Below, in pieces: positions 1-14,716 of a stretch of 64,000 nucleotides of DNA. This stretch comes from an uncultured Gammaproteobacteria bacterium. GTDB lineage: Bacteria > Pseudomonadota > Gammaproteobacteria > UBA9214. A model generated the notes under the pieces. The model was given only the letters and a program-made list of their open reading frames with translations. It did not search any database and was not told the origin of the DNA. The translations under genes and the position numbers were made by a program. The stretch lies in assembly GCA_963773065.1 (NCBI GenBank), contig CAVYZN010000002.1:52636-116635 (forward strand), read 5' to 3'. The first letter of the stretch is position 1. Each line of letters starts with the position of its first letter.

Positions 1-1269
1 GATGGTGGCGAGCGCCTCGATCTGCCGGATGGCGGCGTTCATCTGGCGTTCCCTGATGGCATGGGTCAGGATGATGATCGGCACCTCGAGGGCATCCGGC
101 AAGGGTTCCTTCTGCAGGATGGCTTCGATACTGATGTCGAGTTCGCCCAGGATGCGCGTCACCTCCGCGAGTACGCCCGGCTTGTCCGTCGCCAGCATGC
201 GCAGGTAGTAGGCCGTTACCACCTCCTCCATCGGCAGGATGGGCATATTCGACAGGGCATCGGGCTGGAACGCCAGGTGCGGCACCCGGTTCTCCGGATC
301 CGCCGTCAGGGTGCGCACCACATCGATGATGTCCGCCACCACGGCCGAGGCGGTCGGTTCCGAGCCCGCGCCGGCCCCGTAATAGAGCGTCGGGCCCACG
401 GCGTCGGCGTACACCAGCACGGCATTCATCACGCCGTCCACATTGGCGATCAGCCGCCGCTCGGGAATCAGGGTGGGATGAACGCGCAGCTCGATGCCGT
501 CACCCGTCCGGCGGGCGAAACCGAGGTGCTTGATGCGGTAGCCGAATTCGGCGGCATAACCGACATCATCGCGGGTGATGCGGCTGATGCCCTCCGTATA
601 GACCTTGTCGAACTGCAGCGGTATGCCGAAGGCGATGGATGCCAGGATGGTCAGCTTGTGCGCCGCGTCGATGCCTTCGATATCAAACGTCGGGTCGGCT
701 TCGGCGTAGCCCCGTTGCTGCGCTTCCTTCAGCACCTCCGCGAAGTCGCGGCCCTTGTCGCGCATCTCGGTCAGGATGAAGTTTCCCGTCCCGTTGATGA
801 TCCCGGTCAGCCATTCGATCTTGTTGGCCGCCAGGCCCTCGCGTATCGCCTTGATGATCGGGATACCCCCGGCAACGGCCGCCTCGAAGGCGACCATGAC
901 GCCCTGCTCCTGGGCGGCCGCGAAGATCTCGTTCCCGTGCCTCGCGATCAGGGCCTTGTTGGCCGTGACCACGTGCTTGCCATTGGCGATGGCCCGAAGC
1001 ACCAGCTCGCGCGCCGGTTCGTAACCGCCGATCAGTTCGACGATGATTTCGGCATCCGGGTTGTCCACGACGGCGAAGGGATCGTCGGTAACCGGGATCG
1101 CCGCGATCCCGGGCAAGGCGGCGGGATCGTAGGCGCGCGCCGCCGCATGGCAGATGCGGATGCCGCGTCCCGCGCGGCGGGTGATTTCCCCGGCATTACG
1201 GTTCAGCACCCTGAAGGTTCCCCCGCCCACGGTCCCCAGACCGAGCAGGCCGACATTGACCGGATTCAA
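1..1269 (-). CDS. hom: homoserine dehydrogenase (runs off the window's left edge)
   Basis: Not in the ORF track because the stop lies outside the window. Manual translation from TTG at 1269 gives MNPVNVGLLGLGTVGGG...HVVTANKALIA...FEAAVAGGIPIIK...GIINGTGNFILTEM...GYAEADPTFDIEGIDAAHKL plus a C-terminal ACT-like region. It lies downstream of alaC, a common synteny. Confidence 0.95.
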   Translation of the reverse strand, partial: MNPVNVGLLGLGTVGGGTFRVLNRNAGEITRRAGRGIRICHAAARAYDPAALPGIAAIPVTDDPFAVVDNPDAEIIVELIGGYEPARELVLRAIANGKHVVTANKALIARHGNEIFAAAQEQGVMVAFEAAVAGGIPIIKAIREGLAANKIEWLTGIINGTGNFILTEMRDKGRDFAEVLKEAQQRGYAEADPTFDIEGIDAAHKLTILASIAFGIPLQFDKVYTEGISRITRDDVGYAAEFGYRIKHLGFARRTGDGIELRVHPTLIPERRLIANVDGVMNAVLVYADAVGPTLYYGAGAGSEPTASAVVADIIDVVRTLTADPENRVPHLAFQPDALSNMPILPMEEVVTAYYLRMLATDKPGVLAEVTRILGELDISIEAILQKEPLPDALEVPIIILTHAIRERQMNAAIRQIEALATI

Positions 1270-1273
1270 GTGT

Positions 1274-2480
1274 CTACCCTCCCGAGACACGCGCCTGATT
1301 GAGGTCATCGCGGAACATGTCCCGTATGCCCCGTATCGCCTGGCGGGTACGATGCTTGTTTTCGATAAGGCTGAAGCGCACGTGGTCATCGCCGTACGAC
1401 CCGAACCCGAGTCCCGGCGAGACCGCTACCCGGGCATCGACCAGCAGTTTCTTGGAAAACTCGAGCGAACCCATTTCCCGATAGGGTTCCGGGATCGGTC
1501 GCCCAGACGAACATGGTCGCTTTCGGTTTCGCGACGTGCCAGCCGATGGAATTCAGTCCGTCACACAACACGTCGCGGCGTTCGCGGTAATTCTCGGCAA
1601 TTTCCCTCACACAGTCCTGCGGGCCGTCGAGCGCGGCGATGGCCGCCACCTGGATCGGCGTGAACATGCCGTAATCCAGATACGACTTGATGCGCGCCAG
1701 CGCGGCGATCAGCGTCTGGTTGCCGCAGGCGAAACCGACCCGCCAGCCCGGCATGTTGTAGCTCTTGGACAGGGAGAAGAATTCCACGGCGACATCCATC
1801 GCCCCCTGGGCCTGCAGGATGGAAGGCGCCCGGTAGCCGTCGAATACCAGATCGGCATAGGCCAGATCCTGCACCACCCAGATCTCATGCTCGCGCGCGA
1901 CCGAGACCACTTTTTCGTAAAAATCCAGCTCCACGCACTGGGTGGTCGGGTTGCCGGGAAAGTTGAGGATCAACATCTTCGGCCGCGGCCAGGAGTCCTT
2001 GATGGCCTTCTCCAGTTCGACGAAGAAATCCACGTCCGGCTTTAATGGGACATGGCGGATATCGGCGCCGGCGATGACGCAGCCATAGGGATGGATGGGA
2101 TAGGCCGGATTCGGAACCAGCACGGCATCGCCGGGACCGAGCGTCGCCAGCGCCAGATGCGCCAGTCCTTCCTTGGAGCCGATGGTGACGATCGCCTGTC
2201 GCTCCGGGTCCAGATCCACATCAAAGCGGCGCCCGTACCAGTCACAGATGGCCTTGCGCAGGCGCGGGATGCCCCGGGAGAGCGAATAGCGGTGCGTATC
2301 GCCCCGCTGCGTCGCCTCGATCAGCTTGTCCACGATATGCCGGGGGGTCGGCTGGTCGGGATTGCCCATGCCGAAATCGATGATGTCTTCACCGCGCGCC
2401 CGCGCGGCGGCCTTCAACTCATTGACGATGTTGAAGACATACGGCGGCAGACGTTTGATACGGGAGAATTCCTCAATCAA
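1274..2480 (-). CDS. alaC: PLP-dependent alanine transaminase (AlaC family), frameshift near 1480-1495
   Basis: [23 protein letters not shown]...DFGMGNPD...[15 protein letters not shown]. The C-terminus (SLEFSKKLL...[22 protein letters not shown]) is in ORF 1274..1474 in another frame. Confidence 0.9.
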
Positions 2481-2685
2481 GATGGTAACCGGCTTTTTGC
2501 AGTGATTCCGAGGTTGTTAAAGCAACTATTTATAGCGGCTAACGTTACTGAAAAGCGCCATGGGAAACAAGTGGCGCGCGTACCGGCGAGCACTGCCGGC
2601 CGCGGCAATTCCTTGCCACCTTCCCCTTCCCAGTCGGCGCTGACAGCGCTTGTTCAACGGCCGCAGGCCCGGTATCGTTCACGTC

Positions 2686-3054
2686 ATGCGTTTCGCCCAG
2701 GACAGCTTTGCGGGCAACATCATCCGCGCCTATGCCGCGGGCCAGGTCACGGTAAACGATGACGTCATCACCCGCAGCGTGATTGTGACACCGGACAGAA
2801 TCATCCGGGACTGGCTGCCGGATTCGTTCGGGGAACTGGAACCGGGGCATCTCGCCCGGCTGGACGAACTGCAACCGGAAATCATCGTGCTGGGAACCGG
2901 CAGCCGCCTGTGGTTCCCGACCCCCGAGTTCACCGCCGGCTTCCTGTCTCGCGGCATCGGGGTTGAAATCATGGACACGAATGCGGCCTGCCGAACCTAC
3001 AACATACTCCTGTCAGAAGGCCGCCGGGTGGTTGCCGCGCTGCTGATGGCCTGA
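2686..3054 (+). CDS. Mth938-like (DUF498) domain protein
   Basis: MRFAQD...PEIIVLGTG...GIGVEIMDTNAACRTYNILLSEGRRVVAAL matches the family signature. Confidence 0.9.
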   Translation: MRFAQDSFAGNIIRAYAAGQVTVNDDVITRSVIVTPDRIIRDWLPDSFGELEPGHLARLDELQPEIIVLGTGSRLWFPTPEFTAGFLSRGIGVEIMDTNAACRTYNILLSEGRRVVAALLMA

Positions 3055-3077
3055 CCAGTGTTCCTCCAGGAAATACA

Positions 3078-3194
3078 TTCACCGCAAAGACGCGAAGAAC
3101 GCAAGGATTTTACAAGTCAGGTTCAGGATCTGAAGACGTTACCGGAATGCGATTGACGTGCAGCGAATGCTGCGTTCTTCGTCTTTGCGGTGAA
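3078..3194. repeat. REP-like inverted pair (TTCACCGCAAAGACGC family)
   Basis: ttcaccgcaaagacgcgaagaacgca (3078-3103) pairs with tgcgttcttcgtctttgcggtgaa (3171-3194) between convergent genes. Confidence 0.8.
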
Positions 3195-3218
3195 GACTAC
3201 TGCCGGCAAAACGTTCCG

Positions 3219-4239
3219 CTATTTCAGCAGGGCATCCATCGAGAAACCGTCGGCTTCGAGGATTTTCCTGCAGCCGCCGCAGGGCGTCCATCTGGATTTG
3301 CCGCACCCGCTCACGCGTCACGCCGATTTCCTCCCCCACCTCCTCCAGGGTGGACACCGGATGCCCGTGCAGACCGAAACGGCGCTCCACGACCTCGCGC
3401 TGCTTGTCATTCAACTGGCCGAGCCATTGTTCCATGTTGGTTTGCACATCGTCTTCCTGCAGGGTTTCCACCGGATCGTGGGCGCTATCGTCCGGTATGG
3501 TTTCAAGGAGTGTCCGGGCGGAATCGTGCATGATATTCGTGTCGGTCGAGGCGGTGCGCTCGTTCAGCCCCAGCATGTGCTCGACATCCTCGATCGGCTT
3601 GTCGAGCAGGGTCGCAATTTCCTCGGCGCTGGGGTCATGATCGAGTTTCTGCGCCAGTTTGCGCGCCACCCGGAGATAGAGATTGATCTCCTTGACGACA
3701 TGGATGGGCAGGCGGATGGTGCGGCTCTGGTTCATGATCGCCCGTTCGATGGTTTGCCTGATCCACCAGGTGGCATAGGTGGAAAACCTGAAGCCGCGTT
3801 CGGGATCAAACTTCTCCACCGCCCGTATCAGCCCCAGGTTGCCCTCCTCAATCAGGTCAAGGAGGGCGAGGCCCCGGTTCATATAGCGCCGCGCGATCTT
3901 GACGACCAGCCGCAGGTTGCTTTCGATCATCCGCTGACGGGCGGCCTCATTGCCTTTCTGGGCCAGCCGCGCGAAATATACCTCCTCCTCCGCCGTCAGC
4001 AGGGGTGAGGCGCCGATTTCGCTGAGATACAACCGGGTAGGATCGTGATTGTCTTCACGGGAGGCGGGAATGCGCTTTCCGGGTTCGGATTCGGGTTCGG
4101 ATTCGGGTTCCGGGTAGCGGCTGCCGTTGTCCGCGAGCGTCTCCTTGTCCTCATCCACGCTCGCCTCCACCATGAGGTCAGACTCAGGCTTCGGCCTGTT
4201 GCGCCTCTTGTGATCCGAGTCCTTGCGATGATCAGCCAC
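3219..4239 (-). CDS. rpoS: RNA polymerase sigma factor RpoS, frameshift near 3270
   Basis: [22 protein letters not shown]...[16 protein letters not shown]...[35 protein letters not shown]...TRERVRQIQ. It lies downstream of nlpD. The corrected end ..[15 protein letters not shown] stops at 3219. Confidence 0.95.
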
Positions 4240-4278
4240 TGCTCAACTCCCACCGGTCGTCTCATTCAAGGTCGCGGA

Positions 4279-5181
4279 TCAGCCGCGCGGCAGGTAGCGC
4301 AGGGGATTCACCGGCTTGCCATCCGCGCGGATTTCGAAATACAGGCGGGCGCTGCTGGTTCCGCTGCTGCCCATTTTCGCAATGACCTGGCCGGCTTTGA
4401 CATATTCACCTTCCGTTACGAGTAACTCGCTGTTATGCCCGTACGCGCTCAAAATACTGTCATTGTGTTTTATGATGATAAGACGACCGTATCCGACAAG
4501 TCCACTTCCCGAGTAGACCACCTTGCCGTCCGCCGCTGATAGGATCGGTTGCCCGGTGTTTCCGCCGATATCAATGCCCTTCTTGCCGGTTGCATCCGGT
4601 GCGTAGCCGCGCAGCAACGGGCCTTTGACCGGCCATACCCAGCGGGTGACGACGGCAGGGAGCGCCGGCCCGGGTTCGGCCACCGGCTCCGGGACCGGCG
4701 CCGGTAACGGGGTCCGGGCGGGTGTTGTCAGCGGACCTTGTTTCGGCAGCGCCCGGGGTGCGGCCATCACTCTCGGTTGCGTTCGTGCCGTCGTAACCGG
4801 CCGGGACGACAGCGGCGCGGCTACCGCTTCCGGGCGGGACGCCGGTACTGGCGCTGACGGGATGTTACCCGTGGGCTTGGTACGCAGACGTTGGCCGACA
4901 TAGATGGTGTAGGGTAAACGTATGGCGTTCATTTCGGCCAGTTGCCGGACATTCAGTCCCTGCTGCCAGGCGATCGAGTAGAGCGTGTCGCCGCGGCGCA
5001 CGATGTAATACCCTGACTCTTGCGTGGCAATCGGATTTGCCGGCGTTGCGGGCTGTTCGCCCAATTCCGTGCCACGGCTATCGACCGGGGCATTGATGGG
5101 CAGGGTATTGCAGGCGACGAACAGCGTCACCATCAGACCAACCCCGAGCAAACGCGCGTATTTGAACATCAGTATCAACAC
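4279..5181 (-). CDS. nlpD: LysM + M23 peptidase-domain lipoprotein NlpD
   Basis: Lipobox FVAC, LysM YIVRRGDTLYSIAW, M23 region KGIDIGG...GKVVYSGSGLVGYGRLIIIKHN. Lies between pcm and rpoS. Confidence 0.92.
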   Translation of the reverse strand: MLILMFKYARLLGVGLMVTLFVACNTLPINAPVDSRGTELGEQPATPANPIATQESGYYIVRRGDTLYSIAWQQGLNVRQLAEMNAIRLPYTIYVGQRLRTKPTGNIPSAPVPASRPEAVAAPLSSRPVTTARTQPRVMAAPRALPKQGPLTTPARTPLPAPVPEPVAEPGPALPAVVTRWVWPVKGPLLRGYAPDATGKKGIDIGGNTGQPILSAADGKVVYSGSGLVGYGRLIIIKHNDSILSAYGHNSELLVTEGEYVKAGQVIAKMGSSGTSSARLYFEIRADGKPVNPLRYLPRG

Positions 5182-5370
5182 GGGCAGGCGCGCACCCCTG
5201 TCATGACCAGCAGCCAGCCGATACGTTTAATGCTGCTCTCACCATGGCTTTCATCCGGGGTCCGCCCCCTGCCGGCAAACCCGCCACCGGAAATAACCGT
5301 CTCCCCTTGCCGATGTGGGAGCCTGCGACAATCAGCGGCAAATTCATCGACACCGAGGCGGAAACCGGCA

Positions 5371-6051
5371 TCAGCTCGTGCCACTCAGCAAGGGCACGAA
5401 GACGACCGGATCGAGGGCCTCGCGATCGATGCCGGATTCGGTGCGGATAAGCAGCGTCAGTGTCTGGCTTTCCCGCTCACCTACCGGGATCACCAGCCGC
5501 CCGCCGGGCGCCAGTTGTTCGAGCAGGGCCTCGGGAACGGCCGCCGCCGCCGCCGTGACGATGATGGCCTCATAGGGCGCGAAATCCGGCAACCCGACCG
5601 TGCCGTCGCTGTGCGCGGCGCGGATATTGCGCAACCCCAGTTGCCGGAAACGCTGCCGGGCGAGGGTCACCAGCGGCTCGATGCGTTCCACCGTGTACAC
5701 CTTCGCCACCAACTGGGCGAGTACGGCGGCCTGATAACCGGAGCCCGTACCCACCTCCAGCACCCTCTCGGGACGACCCGTGATGGCCAGTTCCGTCATG
5801 GCGGCAACGACCAGGGGCTGGGAGATCGTCTGGTTATAACCGATAGGGAGCGCCGTATCCTCGTAAGCCCGGCTGGCCAGGGCCTCATCCACGAACAGAT
5901 GCCGTGGCGTCTTGCGCATCACATCCAGGACCGCGGCATTGCGTATGCCGCCTTCACGCAGGCGCATGACCAGCCGGTCGCGCGTACGCTGCGATGTCAT
6001 GCCTATACCGCGTGTCAGAAAATTCACGTCAGAGGATTCCACATCACGCAT
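5371..6051 (-). CDS. pcm: protein-L-isoaspartate O-methyltransferase
   Basis: [14 protein letters not shown]...[31 protein letters not shown]...[13 protein letters not shown]. Confidence 0.95.
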   Translation of the reverse strand: MRDVESSDVNFLTRGIGMTSQRTRDRLVMRLREGGIRNAAVLDVMRKTPRHLFVDEALASRAYEDTALPIGYNQTISQPLVVAAMTELAITGRPERVLEVGTGSGYQAAVLAQLVAKVYTVERIEPLVTLARQRFRQLGLRNIRAAHSDGTVGLPDFAPYEAIIVTAAAAAVPEALLEQLAPGGRLVIPVGERESQTLTLLIRTESGIDREALDPVVFVPLLSGTS

Positions 6052-6111
6052 GGGGTTGCGCTATCAGCATCAGCCAGTGGCCGCGGCGTGCCCCGGGGAT
6101 TGGAACACGGG

Positions 6112-6855
6112 CTATTTCCCCAGCCAGGCGGCGACGCTATCCAGCGCCGCGTAGCGTGTCAGATCGACATCGATCGGTGTTACCGACACATACCCGGAGC
6201 GCACCGCATGAAAGTCGGTTCCCAGACCGGCATCCTGCTCCGGTCCGGCCGGTCCCACCCAGTAAACGGTCCGCCCCCGGGGATCGACCATCGGGACAAC
6301 CGCCTCGGACTTGTGGCGATGCCCCAGCCGCGTCACCTGCATGCCGGCCAGTTGGTCCAGCGGCAGGTCCGGAACGTTCACATTGAGGATTGTATCAGCC
6401 GGCAGGGAGCGCGACAGCAGACGCCTGACAAGATCCACGGCGACGTGGGCGGCGGTCTCATAATGCGTGGGTGTATGGGAGGCCAGGGACACCGCGATGG
6501 CGGGCAAGCCGAGGAAGCGGCCTTCCATGGCCGCCGCCACGGTACCCGAATAAAGCACATCATCGCCCAGATTGGCGCCGGCGTTGATCCCCGCGACCAC
6601 CATATCCGGTTCCTTGCCCAGCAAACCGGTAATGGCGAGATGCACACAGTCGGTGGGCGTGCCGTCCACATAGGTAAAACCATTCTCCGCGAGGGTCGCC
6701 CGTATCGGGTTGTCCAGCGTCAGGGAATTACTGGCGCCGCTGCGGTCCCGGTCCGGCGCTACCACGATGACGGTGGCGATTTCTCGCAGCGCCGCGGCAA
6801 GCACCCGGATGCCGGTCGACTGATAACCGTCGTCGTTACTGATCAAGATATCCAT
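6112..6855 (-). CDS. surE: 5'/3'-nucleotidase SurE
   Basis: [10 protein letters not shown]...[14 protein letters not shown]...[10 protein letters not shown]...[21 protein letters not shown]. Start placed at ATG 6855. Confidence 0.96.
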   Translation of the reverse strand: MDILISNDDGYQSTGIRVLAAALREIATVIVVAPDRDRSGASNSLTLDNPIRATLAENGFTYVDGTPTDCVHLAITGLLGKEPDMVVAGINAGANLGDDVLYSGTVAAAMEGRFLGLPAIAVSLASHTPTHYETAAHVAVDLVRRLLSRSLPADTILNVNVPDLPLDQLAGMQVTRLGHRHKSEAVVPMVDPRGRTVYWVGPAGPEQDAGLGTDFHAVRSGYVSVTPIDVDLTRYAALDSVAAWLGK

Positions 6856-7024
6856 TCGCGCCGCATCTGCCTCGCCAAAAGAGCTGCATCGTAATATAAA
6901 GCCGCACAGGAACACAAAAGACGGTTGCAACGGCGGCTTGCAAGCGGCCGTCAAACTGGTTACGGTTCCAACAGCGGTGGAACCGGCCACCACCGATAAG
7001 AACCCTGAACGGACGCCACCCCAC

Positions 7025-7570
7025 ATGTCTCCGACCAGACTTCCCCCCTCCGACGATATTGACTTGTTCCGCCGCAGTATCGGGCCCATCAGGAGACTAC
7101 GCAGCGACAAGGTCTATCCGCCGGTGAAACGCCCGGCGCCCAGGCCACGCGCCGCAATGGCCGACGATCAGGCGCTCCCCGGGACCGGTTACACGGAGGA
7201 ACTGCACGGCAGGGAGATCGGCGCGGGTGAAGCGCTTTACTATGCGCGCACGGGCTTGCAGCATCGCCTGTTACAGCGCCTGCGCCGGGGTCAGTTGCCG
7301 AGCGAGGCCGAACTCGACCTGCATGGGATGACCCTAGCGAAGGCGCGCTACGAAGTCGCGCGTTTCCTGTCCTATTGCGGGAAGCAGGGAATGCGCACGG
7401 TGCGCATCATCCACGGCAAGGGCCATGGTTCGCGGGAACAGGCGCCGGTGCTGAAGAACCACCTCAATCACTGGCTGCGCCAGCAGCAGGAGGTGCTGGC
7501 CTTCTGCTCCTCCCGGCCGGACCAGGGCGGCACCGGCGCGGTGAATGTCTTGCTGCGTTCGCGTCGTTAA
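7025..7570 (+). CDS. Smr/MutS2-domain protein
   Basis: [18 protein letters not shown]...[11 protein letters not shown]...PVLK...WLRQ...VLAF...[10 protein letters not shown]. Confidence 0.92.
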   Translation: MSPTRLPPSDDIDLFRRSIGPIRRLRSDKVYPPVKRPAPRPRAAMADDQALPGTGYTEELHGREIGAGEALYYARTGLQHRLLQRLRRGQLPSEAELDLHGMTLAKARYEVARFLSYCGKQGMRTVRIIHGKGHGSREQAPVLKNHLNHWLRQQQEVLAFCSSRPDQGGTGAVNVLLRSRR

Positions 7571-7626
7571 CCGCGTTATTCACCGCAGAGACGCAGAGTT
7601 CGTCATCACGCAGGTTGCTGCCGCAT

Positions 7627-8097
7627 TCAGTCCTGCAGCAGGACCACCGCGAAGGCGGCGATGCCCTCGCCCCGGCCGGTAAAGCCCAGGCGCTCGGTCG
7701 TGGTGGCCTTGATGTTGACCCGCGAGGTCTCCAGCCGGAGATCGGCACCGATGTTCTCCCGCATGGCGGCGATATGCGGCGCCAGGCGGGGTTCCTGCGC
7801 GACGATGGTGATATCCGTGTTGACGATTTCAAGCCCACCGGCGGTCACGAGTCCGACCACGCGGCGCAGCAGGATGCGGCTGTCGATATTTTCATAGGCA
7901 GGATCGTGCGGGGGGAAATGCCAGCCGATATCGCCCAGACCGGCGGCGCCCAGCATGGCATCGCACAGGGCGTGCAGGACCACATCCCCATCGGAATGCG
8001 CCTCAAGCCCCCTGGCATAGGGGATCGCTACGCCGCCCAGCACCAGGCTGCCCCCCGGCTTGAAGGCATGCGCATCGATTCCCTGTCCGATCCTCAC
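7627..8097 (-). CDS. ispF: 2-C-methyl-D-erythritol 2,4-cyclodiphosphate synthase
   Basis: [12 protein letters not shown]...[25 protein letters not shown]...[21 protein letters not shown]. Confidence 0.97.
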   Translation of the reverse strand: MRIGQGIDAHAFKPGGSLVLGGVAIPYARGLEAHSDGDVVLHALCDAMLGAAGLGDIGWHFPPHDPAYENIDSRILLRRVVGLVTAGGLEIVNTDITIVAQEPRLAPHIAAMRENIGADLRLETSRVNIKATTTERLGFTGRGEGIAAFAVVLLQD

Positions 8098-8825
8098 GAG
8101 CTATGCCGTCCCCGCAGATAGTATTCCGCCAGCGCCAGATCGGACGGCACGGTTATCTTGATGTTGTCCGCATGGCCCCGAACCATGCGTGGCCGATAAC
8201 CGGCCAGTTCCACGGCCGCGGCCTCATCCGTGACTGGAATGCCGCGCGTTATTGCCTGCTCCAGGGCCGATTGCAGCAGGCCGAGGCGGAACATCTGCGG
8301 CGTCTGCGCATGCCATAACGCCTGTCGCTCGACGGTCTCCACGACGCGGCCGTCCTCGCCGATGCGCTTCATGGTATCGCAGACCGGCACGCCGAGCAGT
8401 CCCCCGCAGGCATCATCAGCCAGTGCCTCGATCAGCTCGTGCACATCCCCGGCGCGCACACAGGGACGCACCGCATCATGGACCAGCGCCCAGTCATGCA
8501 TGCCGGCGAATCCGCCGAGATGCTGGATGGCATTGAGCACGCTCTGGCAGCGTTCGGCCCCGCCCCCCACGCACGCCAGGTTTTTCCCGGAAAACCGCGG
8601 CGCGATCTGCGGCCAGTAGGCGTCATCGGCGGACAGCGCCAGCACGACGCCTTCCATGCGCTCACAGGCAAACAGCGTATTCAGGGTGTGTTCCAGCACG
8701 GTGTGTCCGTGCAAGGGCAGGTACTGCTTGGGAACATCCGCCGCCATGCGGCTGCCGATGCCGGCGGCCGGGACGATGGCCCAGTATTTCGGGACGGATG
8801 CGGATGCCGCGGTCTTATCGCGCAC
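8094..8825 (-). CDS. ispD: 2-C-methyl-D-erythritol 4-phosphate cytidylyltransferase
   Basis: [18 protein letters not shown]...GGAERCQSV...LVHDAVRP...AQTPQMF...NIKIT. Confidence 0.96.
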   Translation of the reverse strand: MRDKTAASASVPKYWAIVPAAGIGSRMAADVPKQYLPLHGHTVLEHTLNTLFACERMEGVVLALSADDAYWPQIAPRFSGKNLACVGGGAERCQSVLNAIQHLGGFAGMHDWALVHDAVRPCVRAGDVHELIEALADDACGGLLGVPVCDTMKRIGEDGRVVETVERQALWHAQTPQMFRLGLLQSALEQAITRGIPVTDEAAAVELAGYRPRMVRGHADNIKITVPSDLALAEYYLRGRHSS

Positions 8826-8855
8826 GTCAGTCTGTCCCTGCTGTCAGCGTCAAGG

Positions 8856-9125
8856 TTATTCCACGATCTGGTAGAACGTTTCCCCTTCCTTGACCATGCC
8901 CATGTCCTCCCGGGCGCGTTCCTCGATGGCATCCAGCCCCTGCTTGAGATCGAGCACCTCGGCGTTGAGCGCTTCGTTACGCTCGCGCAGACGCGCATTT
9001 TCCGCGCGCTGGGCCTCGACCTCCTGGTGCACGCCCCATAATTCCAGCAGGCCGCCGTCACCCAGCCAGAGCCGGTATTGCAAATACACCAACAGGATAA
9101 TCAGGAAGAGAATCAGTTTCCTCAT
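8856..9125 (-). CDS. ftsB: cell division protein FtsB
   Basis: LQYRLWLGDGG...RNEALNAEVLDLKQGLDAIEERAREDMGMVKEGETFYQ. Lies between eno and ispD. Confidence 0.96.
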   Translation of the reverse strand: MRKLILFLIILLVYLQYRLWLGDGGLLELWGVHQEVEAQRAENARLRERNEALNAEVLDLKQGLDAIEERAREDMGMVKEGETFYQIVE

Positions 9126-9178
9126 GGCAGTGCACGAGGGCAACGGTCAGCCCATGGCGCAACCCGTCCCTGCGGCCA

Positions 9179-10615
<1,437 letters not shown>

Positions 10616-10669
10616 AATATGGTGTTTATGGACGTGCACTAGTGAGTGTATAGACGTACCCGCCTGGCG

Positions 10670-11509
10670 TCAGTGCATCAACTCCGTTTCCGGCAAAGGC
10701 CGTGATTTTACCGCGGCATCAATCTCTTTGAGGGTGCCGAGCAATTCCCGCAGGCGCGCGAGCGGCCAGGCATTCGGGCCGTCACTCAGGGCCTGCTCCG
10801 GATCGGGATGGGTCTCCATGAAGATGCCGGAGACGCCGGCGGCCACCGCGGCGCGCGCCAGCACCGGCACGAACTCGCGCTGGCCGCCGGAGCGGTCGCC
10901 CTGACCGCCGGGCAGTTGTACCGAATGGGTGGCGTCGAACACGACCGGCACACCGCAACCGCGCATCACCGCGAGCGAACGCATGTCGGAAACCAGGTTG
11001 TTGTACCCGAACGAGGCGCCCCGCTCGCATACCATGATCTGTTCATTGCCGGCGGCCATCGCCTTTTCGACGACATTGCGCATATCCCAGGGCGACAGGA
11101 ACTGACCCTTCTTGATGTTGACCGGTTTGCCCTGCCGGGCGACGTTCTGGATGAAGTTGGTCTGGCGGCACAGAAAGGCCGGCGTTTGCAGTACATCGAC
11201 GATGCCTGCCACCTCAGGCAGCGGCGTGTCCTCATGCACGTCGGTGAGGACCGGCACGCCGATCAGTTCCCGCACGAGCTGCAATATCCGCAGGCCCTCC
11301 TCCACGCCGGGGCCACGAAAGCTCTTATGTGAAGAGCGGTTGGCCTTGTCGTAAGAGGACTTGTAGATGAAGGGGATATCCAGTGCCGCGGTGATTTCCT
11401 TCAGCGCTCCGGCGGTATCGAGAGCAAGCCCTTCGCTTTCGATGACGCACGGACCCGCGATCAGGAAGAAGGGCTGGTCGATACCGGCCTCGAATCCACA
11501 CAATTTCAC
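10670..11509 (-). CDS. kdsA: KDO-8-phosphate synthase
   Basis: [10 protein letters not shown]...[11 protein letters not shown]...[10 protein letters not shown]...[15 protein letters not shown]...[12 protein letters not shown]. Confidence 0.98.
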   Translation of the reverse strand: MKLCGFEAGIDQPFFLIAGPCVIESEGLALDTAGALKEITAALDIPFIYKSSYDKANRSSHKSFRGPGVEEGLRILQLVRELIGVPVLTDVHEDTPLPEVAGIVDVLQTPAFLCRQTNFIQNVARQGKPVNIKKGQFLSPWDMRNVVEKAMAAGNEQIMVCERGASFGYNNLVSDMRSLAVMRGCGVPVVFDATHSVQLPGGQGDRSGGQREFVPVLARAAVAAGVSGIFMETHPDPEQALSDGPNAWPLARLRELLGTLKEIDAAVKSRPLPETELMH

Positions 11510-11557
11510 GACGCTGTTGCTCCTGGGTTGGTGCTGCCTTGGGGCGGCATGCCGGGT

Positions 11558-13282
<1,725 letters not shown>

Positions 13283-13343
13283 TTACCAGATCGGGGCGCT
13301 CACCTCAATTACTTCGCGATGCCAGCCGCCCGGTGGTGAAGGC

Positions 13344-14669
13344 TCAGCCCCTGTCCCAGCGTAGCGCTAACCCGGGTTCATCCGGCCCGGCGCCGAACGG
13401 TTCACACACCCAGAAGTCCGCCACGGCCGCCAGCTCATCCCCGATGTAAACCAGCGGAATACGTCCCCGCTCCCAGGGTGGAATCCCGTGCTCCTGGAAC
13501 AATTTCTTCAGCGTGTGGTGGTGCCGGCAACCGGCGGGACGGCAGCGTTCGCCGCCGCGGCGCCAGGTGACGCGCACGCCCGCCCCGGCGAGGGCGGCGC
13601 GCAGGCCGGCGCCGGTTTGGCTGGTCACGCTCAGGATCCCGCCCGCATCCGGGAGTTCAAGCGGTGTATCCAGTCGCCACACAAGCCAGGGTGGGCGCGC
13701 CAGCCGAGGTGCCTGGGGCAGGAGGTACAGACGGTCGCGGTAACGCCGCAGCTCGCAGGCGCCCCAGCGAACGCAGGGTTCGGCGTCTCCCCGGCCGTGG
13801 AGGATATCGTGAGCGATCCGCGCGAGCACCGCGGTGGACGGGGCGGTACCGCCCTTGCCCGCCAACCAGTAACGCAAGGCATTGCGTTGCCGCTCCGGGG
13901 GCAGCCGGCGCAGCCCGGAAACCGGCAGGGTGTCCTTCGGCCCGCCGGCGAGCGCATTGACATCCTGTTCGGCCATTTGACCCAGGATCACCGCCGCCTC
14001 GGCACAGTGGCGGGCGCTGCGGGACAGGGTGCCCGCCAAGGCAGGCCAGCGCACGCGCAGCGCCGGCAGCACACGGTGGCGCAGGTAGTTGCGATCGAGC
14101 GAAACATCCCGGTTGCTGGGATCATCCACCCACACCAGGCGGTTCGCGACGGCGTATTCCAGTAACGTGGCGCGGCTGCACTCGAGCAGCGGACGCACCA
14201 GGTAACCGCCGCCGAAATTCGTCAGCCCGGGCATCGCGGCCAGCCCCTTGACGCCGCTGCCGCGCAGCAACTGCAACAGCAGCGTCTCCGCCTGGTCATC
14301 CTGGTGCTGCGCGCTCAGCAGGTAATGGCCCTGGGGCAACCAGCCTTCCAGTACGGCGTAGCGCGCCGCCCGCGCCGCGGCCTCCCGGCTCTCGCCCGCG
14401 CCGGCACGGCCGTCGACCCGCAGGGAGACATAGTGGATATCCAGACCGGCGCAGACGGCGCGGCAATGCTCATCCCATGCGCCGGCGTCGGCATGCAGGC
14501 CGTGGTTGACATGCACGGCGCCGATGCGCCCGGGCAGCGCCGGGCGCAGGGCCGCCAGGGCGTGCAGCAGCGTATGGGAATCGACGCCGCCGCTATAGGC
14601 AACCCAGCAGCGGGCGGCGGCGGGCAAGACAGTCAGCTTTTGATAGAGATAATCCGGAGAAAATACCAT
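13344..14669 (-). CDS. tilS: tRNA(Ile)-lysidine synthetase
   Basis: VAYSGGVDS PP-loop, HVNHGL, AARAARY, HQDDQAETLLLQLLRGSG, DRNYLRH, LKKLFQEHGIPPWER. Confidence 0.96.
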   Translation of the reverse strand: MVFSPDYLYQKLTVLPAAARCWVAYSGGVDSHTLLHALAALRPALPGRIGAVHVNHGLHADAGAWDEHCRAVCAGLDIHYVSLRVDGRAGAGESREAAARAARYAVLEGWLPQGHYLLSAQHQDDQAETLLLQLLRGSGVKGLAAMPGLTNFGGGYLVRPLLECSRATLLEYAVANRLVWVDDPSNRDVSLDRNYLRHRVLPALRVRWPALAGTLSRSARHCAEAAVILGQMAEQDVNALAGGPKDTLPVSGLRRLPPERQRNALRYWLAGKGGTAPSTAVLARIAHDILHGRGDAEPCVRWGACELRRYRDRLYLLPQAPRLARPPWLVWRLDTPLELPDAGGILSVTSQTGAGLRAALAGAGVRVTWRRGGERCRPAGCRHHHTLKKLFQEHGIPPWERGRIPLVYIGDELAAVADFWVCEPFGAGPDEPGLALRWDRG

Positions 14670-14716
14670 CGGAGGTGTTCGGATACAACCACTCCTGCGC
14701 AGCGATCCAGGGAACA

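Noticed and set aside
61-1302. 413-aa plus-strand ORF, and similar long antisense ORFs such as 5020..6894, 15783..17756 and 33922..35355
   Set aside because: Shadow ORFs opposite well-recognised genes (hom, pcm/surE, dnaE, rpsB), common in high-GC DNA, with no recognisable motifs.
4078-4113. 12-bp tandem repeat in rpoS ([11 protein letters not shown])
   Set aside because: In-frame low-complexity N-terminal linker with no sign of phase variation.
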